A stretch of DNA of 64,000 nt, taken from positions 455,703 through 519,702 of the forward strand of contig CAWBKH010000002.1 of the NCBI GenBank assembly GCA_963789335.1, read 5' to 3'. Of the stretch, positions 47,896 to 56,507 are shown in pieces; position 1 is the stretch's first letter; every line of letters begins with the position of its first letter. A model generated the notes under the pieces. It made no database searches, was not told the origin of the DNA, and saw only the letters and a list, made by a program, of their open reading frames with translations. The position numbers were made by a program, and so were the translations under genes. This DNA comes from an uncultured Verrucomicrobiae bacterium (lineage in GTDB: Bacteria; Verrucomicrobiota; Verrucomicrobiia; Limisphaerales; UBA11358).

Positions 47896-48615
47896 ATGAA
47901 ACTTTTTAGAATCCGATCAAAAACGATGCTGGTTCTGGGTTTGATGTCGGCAATGGGAGCCAGTTCACTCTTCGCGCAAGTTTATACCGATAATTTGGCT
48001 GACCTTGCGGCCAGCGGTGGCACTCTGGTTATTGGCGATAAGACGTTCACTGGTTTCAGTTATCAAGACACTGATTTAACCTCGTTTGATCCCAACCAGA
48101 TCCAGGTTACGGCAAGCATAGGCTCTGACGGCGTCTATTACCTCACATGGTCGGGAAGTGTAGCCTTGGCAACTTTGAGCACGACGGTCGCGGATCTCAA
48201 ACTCGACTACGTTGTTTCTGCAAGCGGCGGTTCGATTGACATGATTGATCAAACCTACACCGGCAGCGCCCAGCCGGCCGGCAGCACATTTCTCGCGGTG
48301 GACGAAACGGTGTCCACCGGAAGTTTCGGCGGGCCAATTGTCGGTCAGAGCCATCTGGCGGCTTATGACGTTACTGATCCGCCAGCGGAAATAAACGACC
48401 AGCTCAACATCGTACCTCCGCAAACCCTGCTCTATGTAACTAAAGATATCGGCCTTGCCGCGATTTCTCCGCCGGGAGCTTTTATTACCATCTCCCAAGT
48501 TACACAGTCATTCCATCAGATTCCAGTCCCAGAACCGAGCGGCATGCTGCTCGGGAGCTTGGGCGGCGGATTGCTGTTGCTTCTGAGTTTACGGCACCGA
48601 GTCCGTCGCAACTAA
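47896..48615 (+). CDS. PEP-CTERM sorting-domain secreted protein
   Basis: The start is taken at MKLFRIRSKTMLVLGLMSAMGASSLFA (ATG at 47896, after aggataag). The C-terminus is ...IPVPEPSGMLLGSLGGGLLLLLSLRHRVRRN. Confidence 0.8.
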   Translation: MKLFRIRSKTMLVLGLMSAMGASSLFAQVYTDNLADLAASGGTLVIGDKTFTGFSYQDTDLTSFDPNQIQVTASIGSDGVYYLTWSGSVALATLSTTVADLKLDYVVSASGGSIDMIDQTYTGSAQPAGSTFLAVDETVSTGSFGGPIVGQSHLAAYDVTDPPAEINDQLNIVPPQTLLYVTKDIGLAAISPPGAFITISQVTQSFHQIPVPEPSGMLLGSLGGGLLLLLSLRHRVRRN

Positions 48616-48659
48616 CGGAGGCCCATCAGACACAGCTTCGAAGGTTGACATAAACGAAG

Positions 48660-48701
48660 CCGGCGGATCGAATACAAAGTCGGTTCGCCGGTTTGCTTTT
48701 T
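48660..48701 (+). terminator. Rho-independent terminator candidate
   Basis: ccggcggatcg-aatacaaagt-cggttcgccgg (11-bp stem with two G-U pairs) followed by tttgcttttt. Confidence 0.5.
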
Positions 48702-49180
48702 GTGAGCACACACTTGGGCAAGCGTCGTCGCTGCTCATTTTTTGGACGCCGTATCAGGAGGTGGGTTTTGTGCTCCAACTCAGGCATGATTACTCTGATT
48801 ACGTCTGCGAAGGATGGATGATGCGGATGCTTGTGGGACTGGCGGTTTGTGGTGGGGGCCTGGGCCTGTGCTTGGCGAGGCCAACAGCCAAAGATGAAGA
48901 GCCGGGCGAACCGGATCGAGATTAGAATTCAGATGTAAGTAATTGCATCTGAACAAGTCAGGGAGACGCGGATTAACAGCGCCTAGAAGCTGTAATCCGC
49001 GTTTGTATTTAACTTATTGCGGCGTAGCGGATTGCATATTTTCCAGAAATCAATCTCGACATGGCGGTGAAAAAATAATCGAACGCAGGAGCCGGTTGAA
49101 TCTGGATTTCTCAGAAATGCTGTTTTTACTGGGAAAACGTGAGAAATTGACCGTTCATAAAAAACTTCATAAAAGTGAAA

Positions 49181-49216
49181 AAAAGTCCTTGACAAAGCAA
49201 CAACTTTAGCTCAACC
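49181..49216 (+). promoter_or_regulatory. Second copy of the promoter-like motif AAAAAAGTCCTTGACA-N10-TTTAGCTCAA
   Basis: TTGACA at 49189-49194 and tttagctcaa at 49205-49214. The offset between the two boxes is the same as in the copy at 47725-47760. Confidence 0.45.
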
Positions 49217-49343
49217 TCGGACAGTTGAAGCAAGCTAGACTGACAAATTAGTCCGTCAGTTTATTTTCAACATGCCGCGGCGAATCGGAGATGTACAAAA
49301 GTGCTGCGGGCGGAAAAACAGACGTATATTTGAAAGGCAGCGT

Positions 49344-49949
49344 ATGTTGTACAAAAATAATCCTAAAAGTTTTGTGAAAATTACTCCGTTCACGTTGGTT
49401 TTGCTGGGTGCCGGTTTGTTACTCTTTCAACCATTGAGGAGTTCCGCGCAGATTTATTTTAATGGAGGCATGCAGGATAATGGATCTGCTGGGCTTGCAG
49501 GCGATACATTATCGGTTAATGCCATTCAAAATTCTGCTGGCGGGTTTACGTATAGTGGGCAAGTAACGTCTGATCCAACTCTTGCAATCAACAATTCCAT
49601 AGGCAACACCTCCTCATTCGCTTGGACAGAGTACCTTGTCAACGTGAGCATGTATCAGTCTTTTTCGATTAGCTTGCCAACCGTCACGCCTGCGGACTGG
49701 ACTGCCAACATCACCCAACCAGGCGCACCAGTAGACGGGACTTACGCGGGCACGATTGACTATCTGGCTGGGACGCCAGTTCCTATTGGCGGCACCTTGG
49801 ACTTTGGTTTTACGCTCACATTCGGTTCAGATAATTTCAATTTGTCAGAAATGGCCACTCCGGTTCCCGAGCCCAGCGCATTCGGGTTCCTGCTGGTCGG
49901 CGGACTGTTGCTTGGCGGATGGATGCTTGCCAGACGTCAACACGCATAG
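49344..49949 (+). CDS. PEP-CTERM sorting-domain secreted protein
   Basis: The start is taken at MLYKNNPKSFVKITPFTLVLLGAGLLLFQPLRSSA (ATG at 49344 within ORF 49272..49949). The C-terminus is ...TPVPEPSAFGFLLVGGLLLGGWMLARRQHA. Confidence 0.8.
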   Translation: MLYKNNPKSFVKITPFTLVLLGAGLLLFQPLRSSAQIYFNGGMQDNGSAGLAGDTLSVNAIQNSAGGFTYSGQVTSDPTLAINNSIGNTSSFAWTEYLVNVSMYQSFSISLPTVTPADWTANITQPGAPVDGTYAGTIDYLAGTPVPIGGTLDFGFTLTFGSDNFNLSEMATPVPEPSAFGFLLVGGLLLGGWMLARRQHA

Positions 49950-49985
49950 CTGCATAGCTTAAGAACCTGGGGAAACTCAGAAGTC

Positions 49986-50019
49986 AGGGCTGTTCATTCA
50001 AGAACAGCCCTTTGTTTTT
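49986..50019 (+). terminator. Rho-independent terminator
   Basis: agggctgttc-attcaa-gaacagccct (perfect 10-bp stem) followed by ttgttttt. Confidence 0.75.
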
Positions 50020-50097
50020 GGGCGCCGATTGCTTTTGACAAAACATCGAGCGAACTGAAAATACCGAATCTTTGGGAGAATATAGCAGTTAAAATTA

Positions 50098-50233
50098 ACA
50101 TTGGCGCAGTAGCCAGGCAGGGCGGGCAATCCCCTGCCCGCCGCGAATTGGGTTAAGCGCCCGATTTGACCAAGGCGGCGCGCACGGAGTGATGCACCCT
50201 ACCTCGCCCAAGAATTATATAATGCGCCAATGT
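50098..50233. repeat. 136-nt composite palindromic element bounded by an 11-bp inverted repeat, containing both halves of the mfd-type REP element
   Basis: acattggcgca (50098-50108) pairs with tgcgccaatgt (50223-50233). Inside are cagggcgggcaatcccctgcccgcc (50118-50142) and ggcggcgcgcacggagtgatgcaccctacc (50174-50203). These match the two halves of 32608-32664 and are separated by a ~30-nt insert. Confidence 0.6.
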
Positions 50234-50328
50234 CATTGTGATTTACGATATCGCGAACAAAATGGCTGAACGCGAAGCGTGTCCAACAACAGCAAGGATG
50301 TGAGTGCCTCCAACTTCGTTGGTTGGGT

Positions 50329-52014
50329 TTATTTCAGGGTTTCAGCCAGCAATCGCTTTTCCTCTGGCAACAGCCGGCCTTTGGTTTGGGCAGTTTTGAG
50401 ATAGGGCGCGGCTTCAGTGCGTTCTCCTGCGGCAGTTAGCAGGACGCCGTAATAAAGCGCCACGGAAGGCTGTTCCAAGTCTGCGCGGTTCAGCTTTTGG
50501 AGCGCGGCCAGACCGTCCTTGTTCCGGCCCTGCAAATGCAGCGCGTAGGCGTAAGTGGACACGATGACGGGGTCATTGGTTTGTTGAGCATAAGCTTCCG
50601 CCGCCCATTGGTATGCGGAATTCAAGTTTGTTTTCAAGAGCAGGGCGGTGAAGGCGAGGTTGTTCTTGAGTTCGATGTTTTGAGGCAGAACCGGGAGCCG
50701 CTCGAAATAAAGCTGATACAGTTCTCTCGTGTTGCCGGAAGCGAAATAAAGTAGCTCCAGAGCGTGTTGCGCCCAGCCCGCATCGGGAAATCTCCGCAGA
50801 ATCCGCCAGAGCAAATCCTCTTGTTCGGATTTCATGCCCCACCGGCCCGCAAGCTCCTGCAGTGCGTTGAGCGCGCCCAGTTGATCGCCAGCCAGACTCA
50901 CGGCGGAGTTCCAGTCCCCCTCCGCCATCACGGGTTCGCCGAGCTTGCTCCAGGCGCGGGACAAAAAAGCGAGCCGCAGAAATTCCATGTCTTGCCAGGA
51001 GCCTTTCGAGGCGTAGTCGCGGAGTGCCCGCCAGTTTTTGTCGGCAAGATAACAATCCACCAGCGCGAGGCGGACCGGCGTCTGCGACCGAAGCTTATCC
51101 GGCAGATGGTTCAGCCAGCCGGTGGCTTCCGTTAAAAAACCATTGGCGACCATCCACGAGGCGACCTGGGCAGTCATCAGGGCATTCGTGGCGGATTGCG
51201 CCTGCACAACTTTCAACTGTCCGGCCAGTTCCGGATTTTGCAGGCGCTTCAGGATGCCGAGGTGTTGCAGCCGGTCGTTCAGGGCCGCCTGCGGGCTGGC
51301 GAGCAATCGCCTCGAATAATCCAGCGCCCCCGGTGCGTCGTCGTGGAGCAACCGGTCCGCAATCAACGAGCGCAACGCCGACGGGCCAAGATTCGCGTCG
51401 TCGCTAAACTGTTTCAACTTCGCACGGGCGTCGTCGGCCGTGGCGGCATTGGTTGAACCGAGGCAAATCACGGCGAGATTGAGCTGGTCGAGCCGGTTGC
51501 TGGGATCCAGCCGGCAAACGGTCTCAAACTGGGCTTGGGCTTCGGCCATGTGACGCAGGGCCAGCGCCAGTTCGGCGGAGACGATGTGAAAATCCGGAAC
51601 CTGGGCGGCGGACCGCGACAGGTCCGCCAGCATTTGGGTGGTCAACGGATAGGGCGGGCTTTGATACCGCAACCCGGCGGATGCCAAAAGAAGTTTGTTG
51701 GTTATGGTGGGGGACAATTTCACCAACTTCTGGTACCAGTCCAATGTCGCGGGTGAATGGGCGGCATCAGCCAGGCCGGCCATGACGCGGCAGGCTGGGA
51801 CATTGTTGGAATTAATCAGAAGCGCCAGGCGGACGCTCAACCAAGCGTTGCGATAATCGCCTTTGGCAAAAAAGACCTGCGCCTCGGCGGCACTGCGTTT
51901 CTCCTTGTAATGCCGATACGACGGCCAACCCCAATGGGCGGCCGCAATGACAAGGCACACGGCGGCTGCGATGGCCGCCAATAGCATGATACGTATTTTT
52001 CCTTCGCGATTCAC
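50329..52014 (-). CDS. TPR-repeat protein with N-terminal membrane anchor
   Basis: 561 aa. N-terminal TM helix (IRIMLLAAIAAAVCLVIAAA) followed by many degenerate 34-aa A/L/Y-rich repeats (e.g. AYALHLQGRNKDGLAALQKL). Confidence 0.7.
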   Translation of the reverse strand: MNREGKIRIMLLAAIAAAVCLVIAAAHWGWPSYRHYKEKRSAAEAQVFFAKGDYRNAWLSVRLALLINSNNVPACRVMAGLADAAHSPATLDWYQKLVKLSPTITNKLLLASAGLRYQSPPYPLTTQMLADLSRSAAQVPDFHIVSAELALALRHMAEAQAQFETVCRLDPSNRLDQLNLAVICLGSTNAATADDARAKLKQFSDDANLGPSALRSLIADRLLHDDAPGALDYSRRLLASPQAALNDRLQHLGILKRLQNPELAGQLKVVQAQSATNALMTAQVASWMVANGFLTEATGWLNHLPDKLRSQTPVRLALVDCYLADKNWRALRDYASKGSWQDMEFLRLAFLSRAWSKLGEPVMAEGDWNSAVSLAGDQLGALNALQELAGRWGMKSEQEDLLWRILRRFPDAGWAQHALELLYFASGNTRELYQLYFERLPVLPQNIELKNNLAFTALLLKTNLNSAYQWAAEAYAQQTNDPVIVSTYAYALHLQGRNKDGLAALQKLNRADLEQPSVALYYGVLLTAAGERTEAAPYLKTAQTKGRLLPEEKRLLAETLK

Positions 52015-52113
52015 AGCAAAATCATATCAAGACATCCACTTCGGCTGAAAGATTAACCTGCTGCGCGTTAAAAATACTCCAGCGATCACACTCATACTTT
52101 CATCTCCAATGGT

Positions 52114-52380
52114 TTACAGCCACTTGAACACGCAACCCCTTGGGTGCAAACCTTCGGTAATGTTCCGCACAGTCGTGCCCAAATTACGCACTGTGGGGTT
52201 GCCATCGCGATTCAGCATCCGGTGCAGCGTGTCTTTTCGCCAAAGCGTGATCTGCCGTAGCCACTTCCTCGACAATAGGGCAGTCCGCCGACGATTGACG
52301 TCTTTGGGAACTTCATTTTTCGGCTTTTGAATACCGCCGATAATTGCCTGAATTTGTGCGGGACTTGCAAGCACCCTCAA
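52114..52380 (-). CDS. Hypothetical 88-aa ORF; possibly a degraded recombinase fragment next to the tRNA-fMet 3' end
   Basis: ...ITLWRKDTLHRMLNRDGNPTVRNLGTTVRNITEG loosely resembles the (H/G)xLR(H/K)T...G...LGH... box of tyrosine recombinases but lacks the catalytic residues. It lies 16 bp from the tRNA 3' end. The call is weak. Confidence 0.25.
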   Translation of the reverse strand: MRVLASPAQIQAIIGGIQKPKNEVPKDVNRRRTALLSRKWLRQITLWRKDTLHRMLNRDGNPTVRNLGTTVRNITEGLHPRGCVFKWL

Positions 52381-52391
52381 TTTCCTGAGGA

Positions 52392-52472
<81 letters not shown>

Positions 52473-52729
52473 ATCAGATTTCCACTCTGGCCCATCCGCA
52501 AACAAAGCGCAAGAATTTTCGGCGTAAATCAGAAAGGCCGAGTTGCCCCAAATTACGGCGACCGCCAGCGGTATAAAGAGTGTGAAAAGAATTAATACGA
52601 TCCGCAAAGGCCATTTTCGCACTCCAACCCTAGCGCCTGAACATTGCAGATTTCAGGCCGAATTGCAACGCCGGTGGACCCAAAATACCGCACTGGTCAA
52701 ACCCTCTGCAAGTTTGATATTTTCCGGCG

Positions 52730-53509
52730 ATGATTTCTTCCGTCAAACAGCGTGCGATGGAATCCCTGGCTGGTCTTGGACGCTTCACCTTGCTGGCCAA
52801 AGAAGCCACCGCTTCACTGTTCAAGCTCAGGGTGGCCTGGCGCGACCTGATCTATCAGATTTTTTTCATGGGGGTGAAATCGCAAGCGGTGGTGCTCATC
52901 ACCGGCGCGTTCACCGGCATGGTGATGGGCTGGCAAACCTATGTTCAATTTCACCGGGTCAAGATGGACACCGCCACGCTCGCGGTTGTCGGCGTCTCGA
53001 TGTGCGACGAACTTGGCCCGGTGCTGACGGCGCTGATGGTGGCCGGGCGCGTCGGCGCGGCCATCGCCGCCGAACTGGGTACAATGCGCGTGACCGAGCA
53101 GATTGACGCGCTGCGCACGCTGGCGACGCATCCGGTGGACTACCTGGTCGTGCCGCGCATCGCCGCCGGGCACATCGCGCTGCCGCTGTTGACCCTCGAA
53201 TCCATTTGCGTCGGCATCGGCGCGAGTTACTTCGTGTGCGTGCAACTCCTCGGCATTGATCCGACATACCTGTGGTATAACATGCTGCACTTCACCCACG
53301 ACGTGGACGTGATCATCGGCGTGGTCAAGGCGTTCATTTTCGGCGGCATCATCGCGCTCATCGGCTGTTACAAGGGCATGACCTGCGGGCTGGGCGCCGA
53401 AGGCGTCGGGCGCGCGACGACCGAGGCGGTGGTTTATGCCTGCATCACCATTTTGATCACGGATTTCTTCCTGACGATGATTTTGAGCAGGCTGTTGGGG
53501 CAGCTATGA
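52730..53509 (+). CDS. mlaE: MlaE-type ABC transporter permease (lipid asymmetry maintenance)
   Basis: 259 aa. ...QIFFMGVKSQAVVLITGAFTGMVMGWQ...ELGPVLTALMVAGRVGAAIAAELGTMRVTEQIDALR. Confidence 0.85.
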   Translation: MISSVKQRAMESLAGLGRFTLLAKEATASLFKLRVAWRDLIYQIFFMGVKSQAVVLITGAFTGMVMGWQTYVQFHRVKMDTATLAVVGVSMCDELGPVLTALMVAGRVGAAIAAELGTMRVTEQIDALRTLATHPVDYLVVPRIAAGHIALPLLTLESICVGIGASYFVCVQLLGIDPTYLWYNMLHFTHDVDVIIGVVKAFIFGGIIALIGCYKGMTCGLGAEGVGRATTEAVVYACITILITDFFLTMILSRLLGQL

Positions 53510-54246
53510 TCGAAGCCCGCGATTTGAAAAAGAGTTTCAACGGCAACATGGTGCTGGACGGCGTGAGCTTTCGGATTGAAAACGGCGAATCCGTTGCCAT
53601 CATTGGGCGCAGCGGCTGCGGCAAGAGCGTTTTGCTGAAGCATTTGATCGGCCTGTTGAAGCCGGACCAGGGCGAAGTCTTGATTGACGGGGAAAATATT
53701 GTACCGATGAACGAACGCCAGTTGCTGCGCGTGCGCCGGAAATTTGGCATGGTGTTCCAAGGTTCGGCGTTGTTCGATTCGATGACCGTCGAGGAAAACG
53801 TGGCCTTCGGGCTGCGCCGGCATGAACATTTGACCGAAAGGGAAGTCGCCCGGCGGGTGGCCCACGCTTTGGACGTGGTGGATTTGCCGGACACGGAAAA
53901 CAAAAATCCGGCGGAATTGTCCGGCGGCATGAGAAAGCGCGTCGGGCTGGCGCGCGCGATTGTTTATGAGCCGCAAATTGTGCTTTACGACGAGCCGACC
54001 ACCGGGCTGGACCCGATCGTGTCCGACAGCATTGACAACCTGATCGTGCATGTGCGCGACCGGCTGAAGGTCACGACGGTGGTGGTCACCCACGACATGC
54101 GCACGGCCCGGCGCGTGGGCAACCGCGTGCTGATGATGCATGACAAAGTAATTTACGCCAGCGGCGCACCGGATGAATTCTTTGCATCGCAGGATCCGGT
54201 GGTACGCCAGTTTATTGACGGCGTGGCGGACGCCAAAAAAAATTAA
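53506..54246 (+). CDS. mlaF: MlaF-type ABC transporter ATP-binding protein
   Basis: Walker A GRSGCGKS, signature LSGGMRKR, Walker B IVLYDEPTTGLD. The start overlaps the mlaE stop (ATGA). Confidence 0.88.
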   Translation: MIEARDLKKSFNGNMVLDGVSFRIENGESVAIIGRSGCGKSVLLKHLIGLLKPDQGEVLIDGENIVPMNERQLLRVRRKFGMVFQGSALFDSMTVEENVAFGLRRHEHLTEREVARRVAHALDVVDLPDTENKNPAELSGGMRKRVGLARAIVYEPQIVLYDEPTTGLDPIVSDSIDNLIVHVRDRLKVTTVVVTHDMRTARRVGNRVLMMHDKVIYASGAPDEFFASQDPVVRQFIDGVADAKKN

Positions 54247-54249
54247 ATC

Positions 54250-55239
54250 ATGGAAAAATCGCGCCAGGAAGTCAAAGTCGGCCTGTTCGTCCTCGTCGGG
54301 CTGGTGTTGCTGGCCGTGCTGCTGATTCAATTCAGCAAAGGCACGAGCCTGTTTCGGGGCACCTACGAGTTGCGGCTGCACGCCAGCAACGTCGGCGGTC
54401 TCAAGCAGCGCGCCTCGGTGCTGCTGGCCGGCGTGCAGGTCGGCGAGGTTTCGGACATCCAACTCGCCCCGGACGGCAAAAGCGTGACCATCCTCCTGAG
54501 CATTTACAAAAATCATAACATTTATCACGACGCGCGGTTTGTCATCCAGCAATCCGGCTTCCTGGGCGACCAATATGTCGCGATCATCCCGACCTCCAAC
54601 GCACCGCCGTTTCTACAAAACGGCGCCAACGTGGAGTGCGAGGCGCCGTTCAATTTGCAGGAAACGGCCCGGGCCGCCGCCGGTTTCATCCAGCGCATTG
54701 ATGAAACGGCGAAGAAACTCGACGCCGCCGTCACGGATGTGCGCCGCCTGGTGCTGAATGAACAAACGCTGACCAATTTTGCCGACACCATCGGCAACCT
54801 ACGCTCAGTCTCCGCGCAAGCGACGAACACGATAGCCAGCATCAACGCGCTTGTCGCGACCAATGGCGTCCAAATCCACCTCGCCGTCAGCAATGTGGTC
54901 TTCTTTTCGCAGGACCTTGCAAGCCTCTCCGGCGAGGCCCATGGAATCATCTCAACCAACGGCCCGGAAATTTCCGCCGCCGTCAAAAACATTGATGATT
55001 CCACCGAGGTTTTGAAAAAGTTGATGGATGATTTGCAATCCGGCCAGGGTTTGGCGGGTGCCTTGCTGCAAAACGGACAACTGTCAAACAACGTGCAGGC
55101 CATCGCCGGCAACCTCGCCGTCACCACCAGCAACCTGAACCGCCGCGGGCTGTGGGGTATTTTGTGGGCACACCAACCGCCGCCCACCAATACCGCGCCC
55201 CCCGCCCTGCTCTCGCCGCGTGCCGTCGAACAACAATGA
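54250..55239 (+). CDS. mlaD: MlaD/MCE-domain substrate-binding protein
   Basis: An N-terminal TM helix (VKVGLFVLVGLVLLAVLLI) and MCE core (LRLHASNVGGLKQRASVLLAGVQVGEVSDIQL), followed by a long helical C-terminal region. Confidence 0.8.
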   Translation: MEKSRQEVKVGLFVLVGLVLLAVLLIQFSKGTSLFRGTYELRLHASNVGGLKQRASVLLAGVQVGEVSDIQLAPDGKSVTILLSIYKNHNIYHDARFVIQQSGFLGDQYVAIIPTSNAPPFLQNGANVECEAPFNLQETARAAAGFIQRIDETAKKLDAAVTDVRRLVLNEQTLTNFADTIGNLRSVSAQATNTIASINALVATNGVQIHLAVSNVVFFSQDLASLSGEAHGIISTNGPEISAAVKNIDDSTEVLKKLMDDLQSGQGLAGALLQNGQLSNNVQAIAGNLAVTTSNLNRRGLWGILWAHQPPPTNTAPPALLSPRAVEQQ

Positions 55240-56255
55240 CTCCACTCTGGACCATCCGGATTTTATTTCTGGGCCTGTGCATGGCGGCGGGCCTGGCCAT
55301 CAGCCAGGTGCGGCCGGAATTCATTGCCGCCAATCATAGCGAGGTGTTTGGCATGCTCATCGGCTTTGGTTTTGGCGGATTGATGATCGCCCTGGACGAA
55401 ATGCTCAAGGGCTTTTCGCTCCGCGCGTTTTCCGCCACCACGTTTGGTTTGCTGCTTGGCATGGCCGTCGCCTTGCTCATTGGCCACTCGCCTTTGATGG
55501 AAAATGCCGACGAAAAGGTTCAATGGTTTGTTCGTCTCGGTCTTTTTCTAAGTTTCAGCTACATCGGCATCATTCTCGCCATGCGCAGCAACAAGGAGGA
55601 TTTCTCGCTCATTATTCCTTACGTCCGTTTTCGGCCGCAAGGCCAGTCGGATAATCTGCTGCTGCTCGACACCAGCGTCATCATTGACGGCCGGATCGCG
55701 GATTTGATTGAAGCCCGCTTTCTTGAAGGTCTGATCGTTGTGCCGCGGTTCGTCCTTAAGGAAATTCAACAAATTGCCGACTCCACCGACCCCATCAAGC
55801 GCGCCCGCGGGCGACGCGGACTCGAGATGCTCAACCGCATTCAGCGCAACACCGGCATTGAAGTCCGCATTCATGACGGTGATTTCCCCGAAGAAAAGGA
55901 CGTGGACTCCAAACTGGTCCGTCTCGCGCGCAACCTGAATGCGCGGCTTTTCACCAACGATTACAACCTCGCCAAGGTGGCCGAACTCCAGAAGGTCAGT
56001 TATGTGAATCTTCATGAAGTCGCCAAATGCCTCAAAGTAATTTTGCTGCCGGGCGAGATTTTGCACCTGAAAATCGTGCGTGAAGGCAAGGACAAGGGCC
56101 AGGGCATCGGTTACATGCCCGACGGCACGATGGTCGTTGTCAACAACGGCCAGTCACACATCGGCCAGCAAGTGGAAGTGGAAGTACAGAGCCTGCTCCA
56201 AACCGGCGCCGGCATCATTGTCTTCGCCGAAATGAAAATACCCTTGGCCGCTTGA
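55236..56255 (+). CDS. Membrane-anchored PIN + TRAM domain protein (YacL-like)
   Basis: The start is taken at MTPLWTIRILFLGL (ATG at 55236, overlapping the mlaD stop as ATGA). Four TM helices, a PIN domain (LLLLDTSVIIDGRI...LFTNDYNL) and a TRAM domain (LKIVREGKDKGQGIGYMPDGTMVVVNNG). Confidence 0.8.
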   Translation: MTPLWTIRILFLGLCMAAGLAISQVRPEFIAANHSEVFGMLIGFGFGGLMIALDEMLKGFSLRAFSATTFGLLLGMAVALLIGHSPLMENADEKVQWFVRLGLFLSFSYIGIILAMRSNKEDFSLIIPYVRFRPQGQSDNLLLLDTSVIIDGRIADLIEARFLEGLIVVPRFVLKEIQQIADSTDPIKRARGRRGLEMLNRIQRNTGIEVRIHDGDFPEEKDVDSKLVRLARNLNARLFTNDYNLAKVAELQKVSYVNLHEVAKCLKVILLPGEILHLKIVREGKDKGQGIGYMPDGTMVVVNNGQSHIGQQVEVEVQSLLQTGAGIIVFAEMKIPLAA

Positions 56256-56291
56256 TCACACAGGCCGATACGCCTTAAATAATAGAATAGC

Positions 56292-56507
56292 ATGGATCTC
56301 GTCACCGTCTTCACTGCCTTCAGCCCGGCTGAAGCTCAACTCGCCCGTTCCCGGCTCGAAGCTGCGAATTTCCATCCCTTCGTCGCCGACGAGCTTTCTG
56401 CGTTGAGTATTGACGGCTATTCACTTGCCACTGGCGGCATCCGCGTCCAGGTGCCCGAGTGCGAAGCCTCCGACGCGAGGGAATTCCTCAACGCACCCGC
56501 TGAATGA
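56292..56507 (+). CDS. DUF2007-like small protein
   Basis: 71 aa. MDLVTVFTAFSPAEAQLARSRLEAANFHPFV...GGIRVQVPECEASDAREFL is the typical DUF2007 pattern. Confidence 0.6.
   Translation: MDLVTVFTAFSPAEAQLARSRLEAANFHPFVADELSALSIDGYSLATGGIRVQVPECEASDAREFLNAPAE

Noticed and set aside
53434-54573. 379-aa minus-strand ORF
   Set aside because: It is antisense to mlaF and the mlaD 5' end, both of which have canonical motifs. Other long ORFs are the same kind of shadow: 7827..8864, 9104..10036, 12927..13925, 25249..25962, 28438..29592, 33229..34122, 34705..35832 and 57005..57757.
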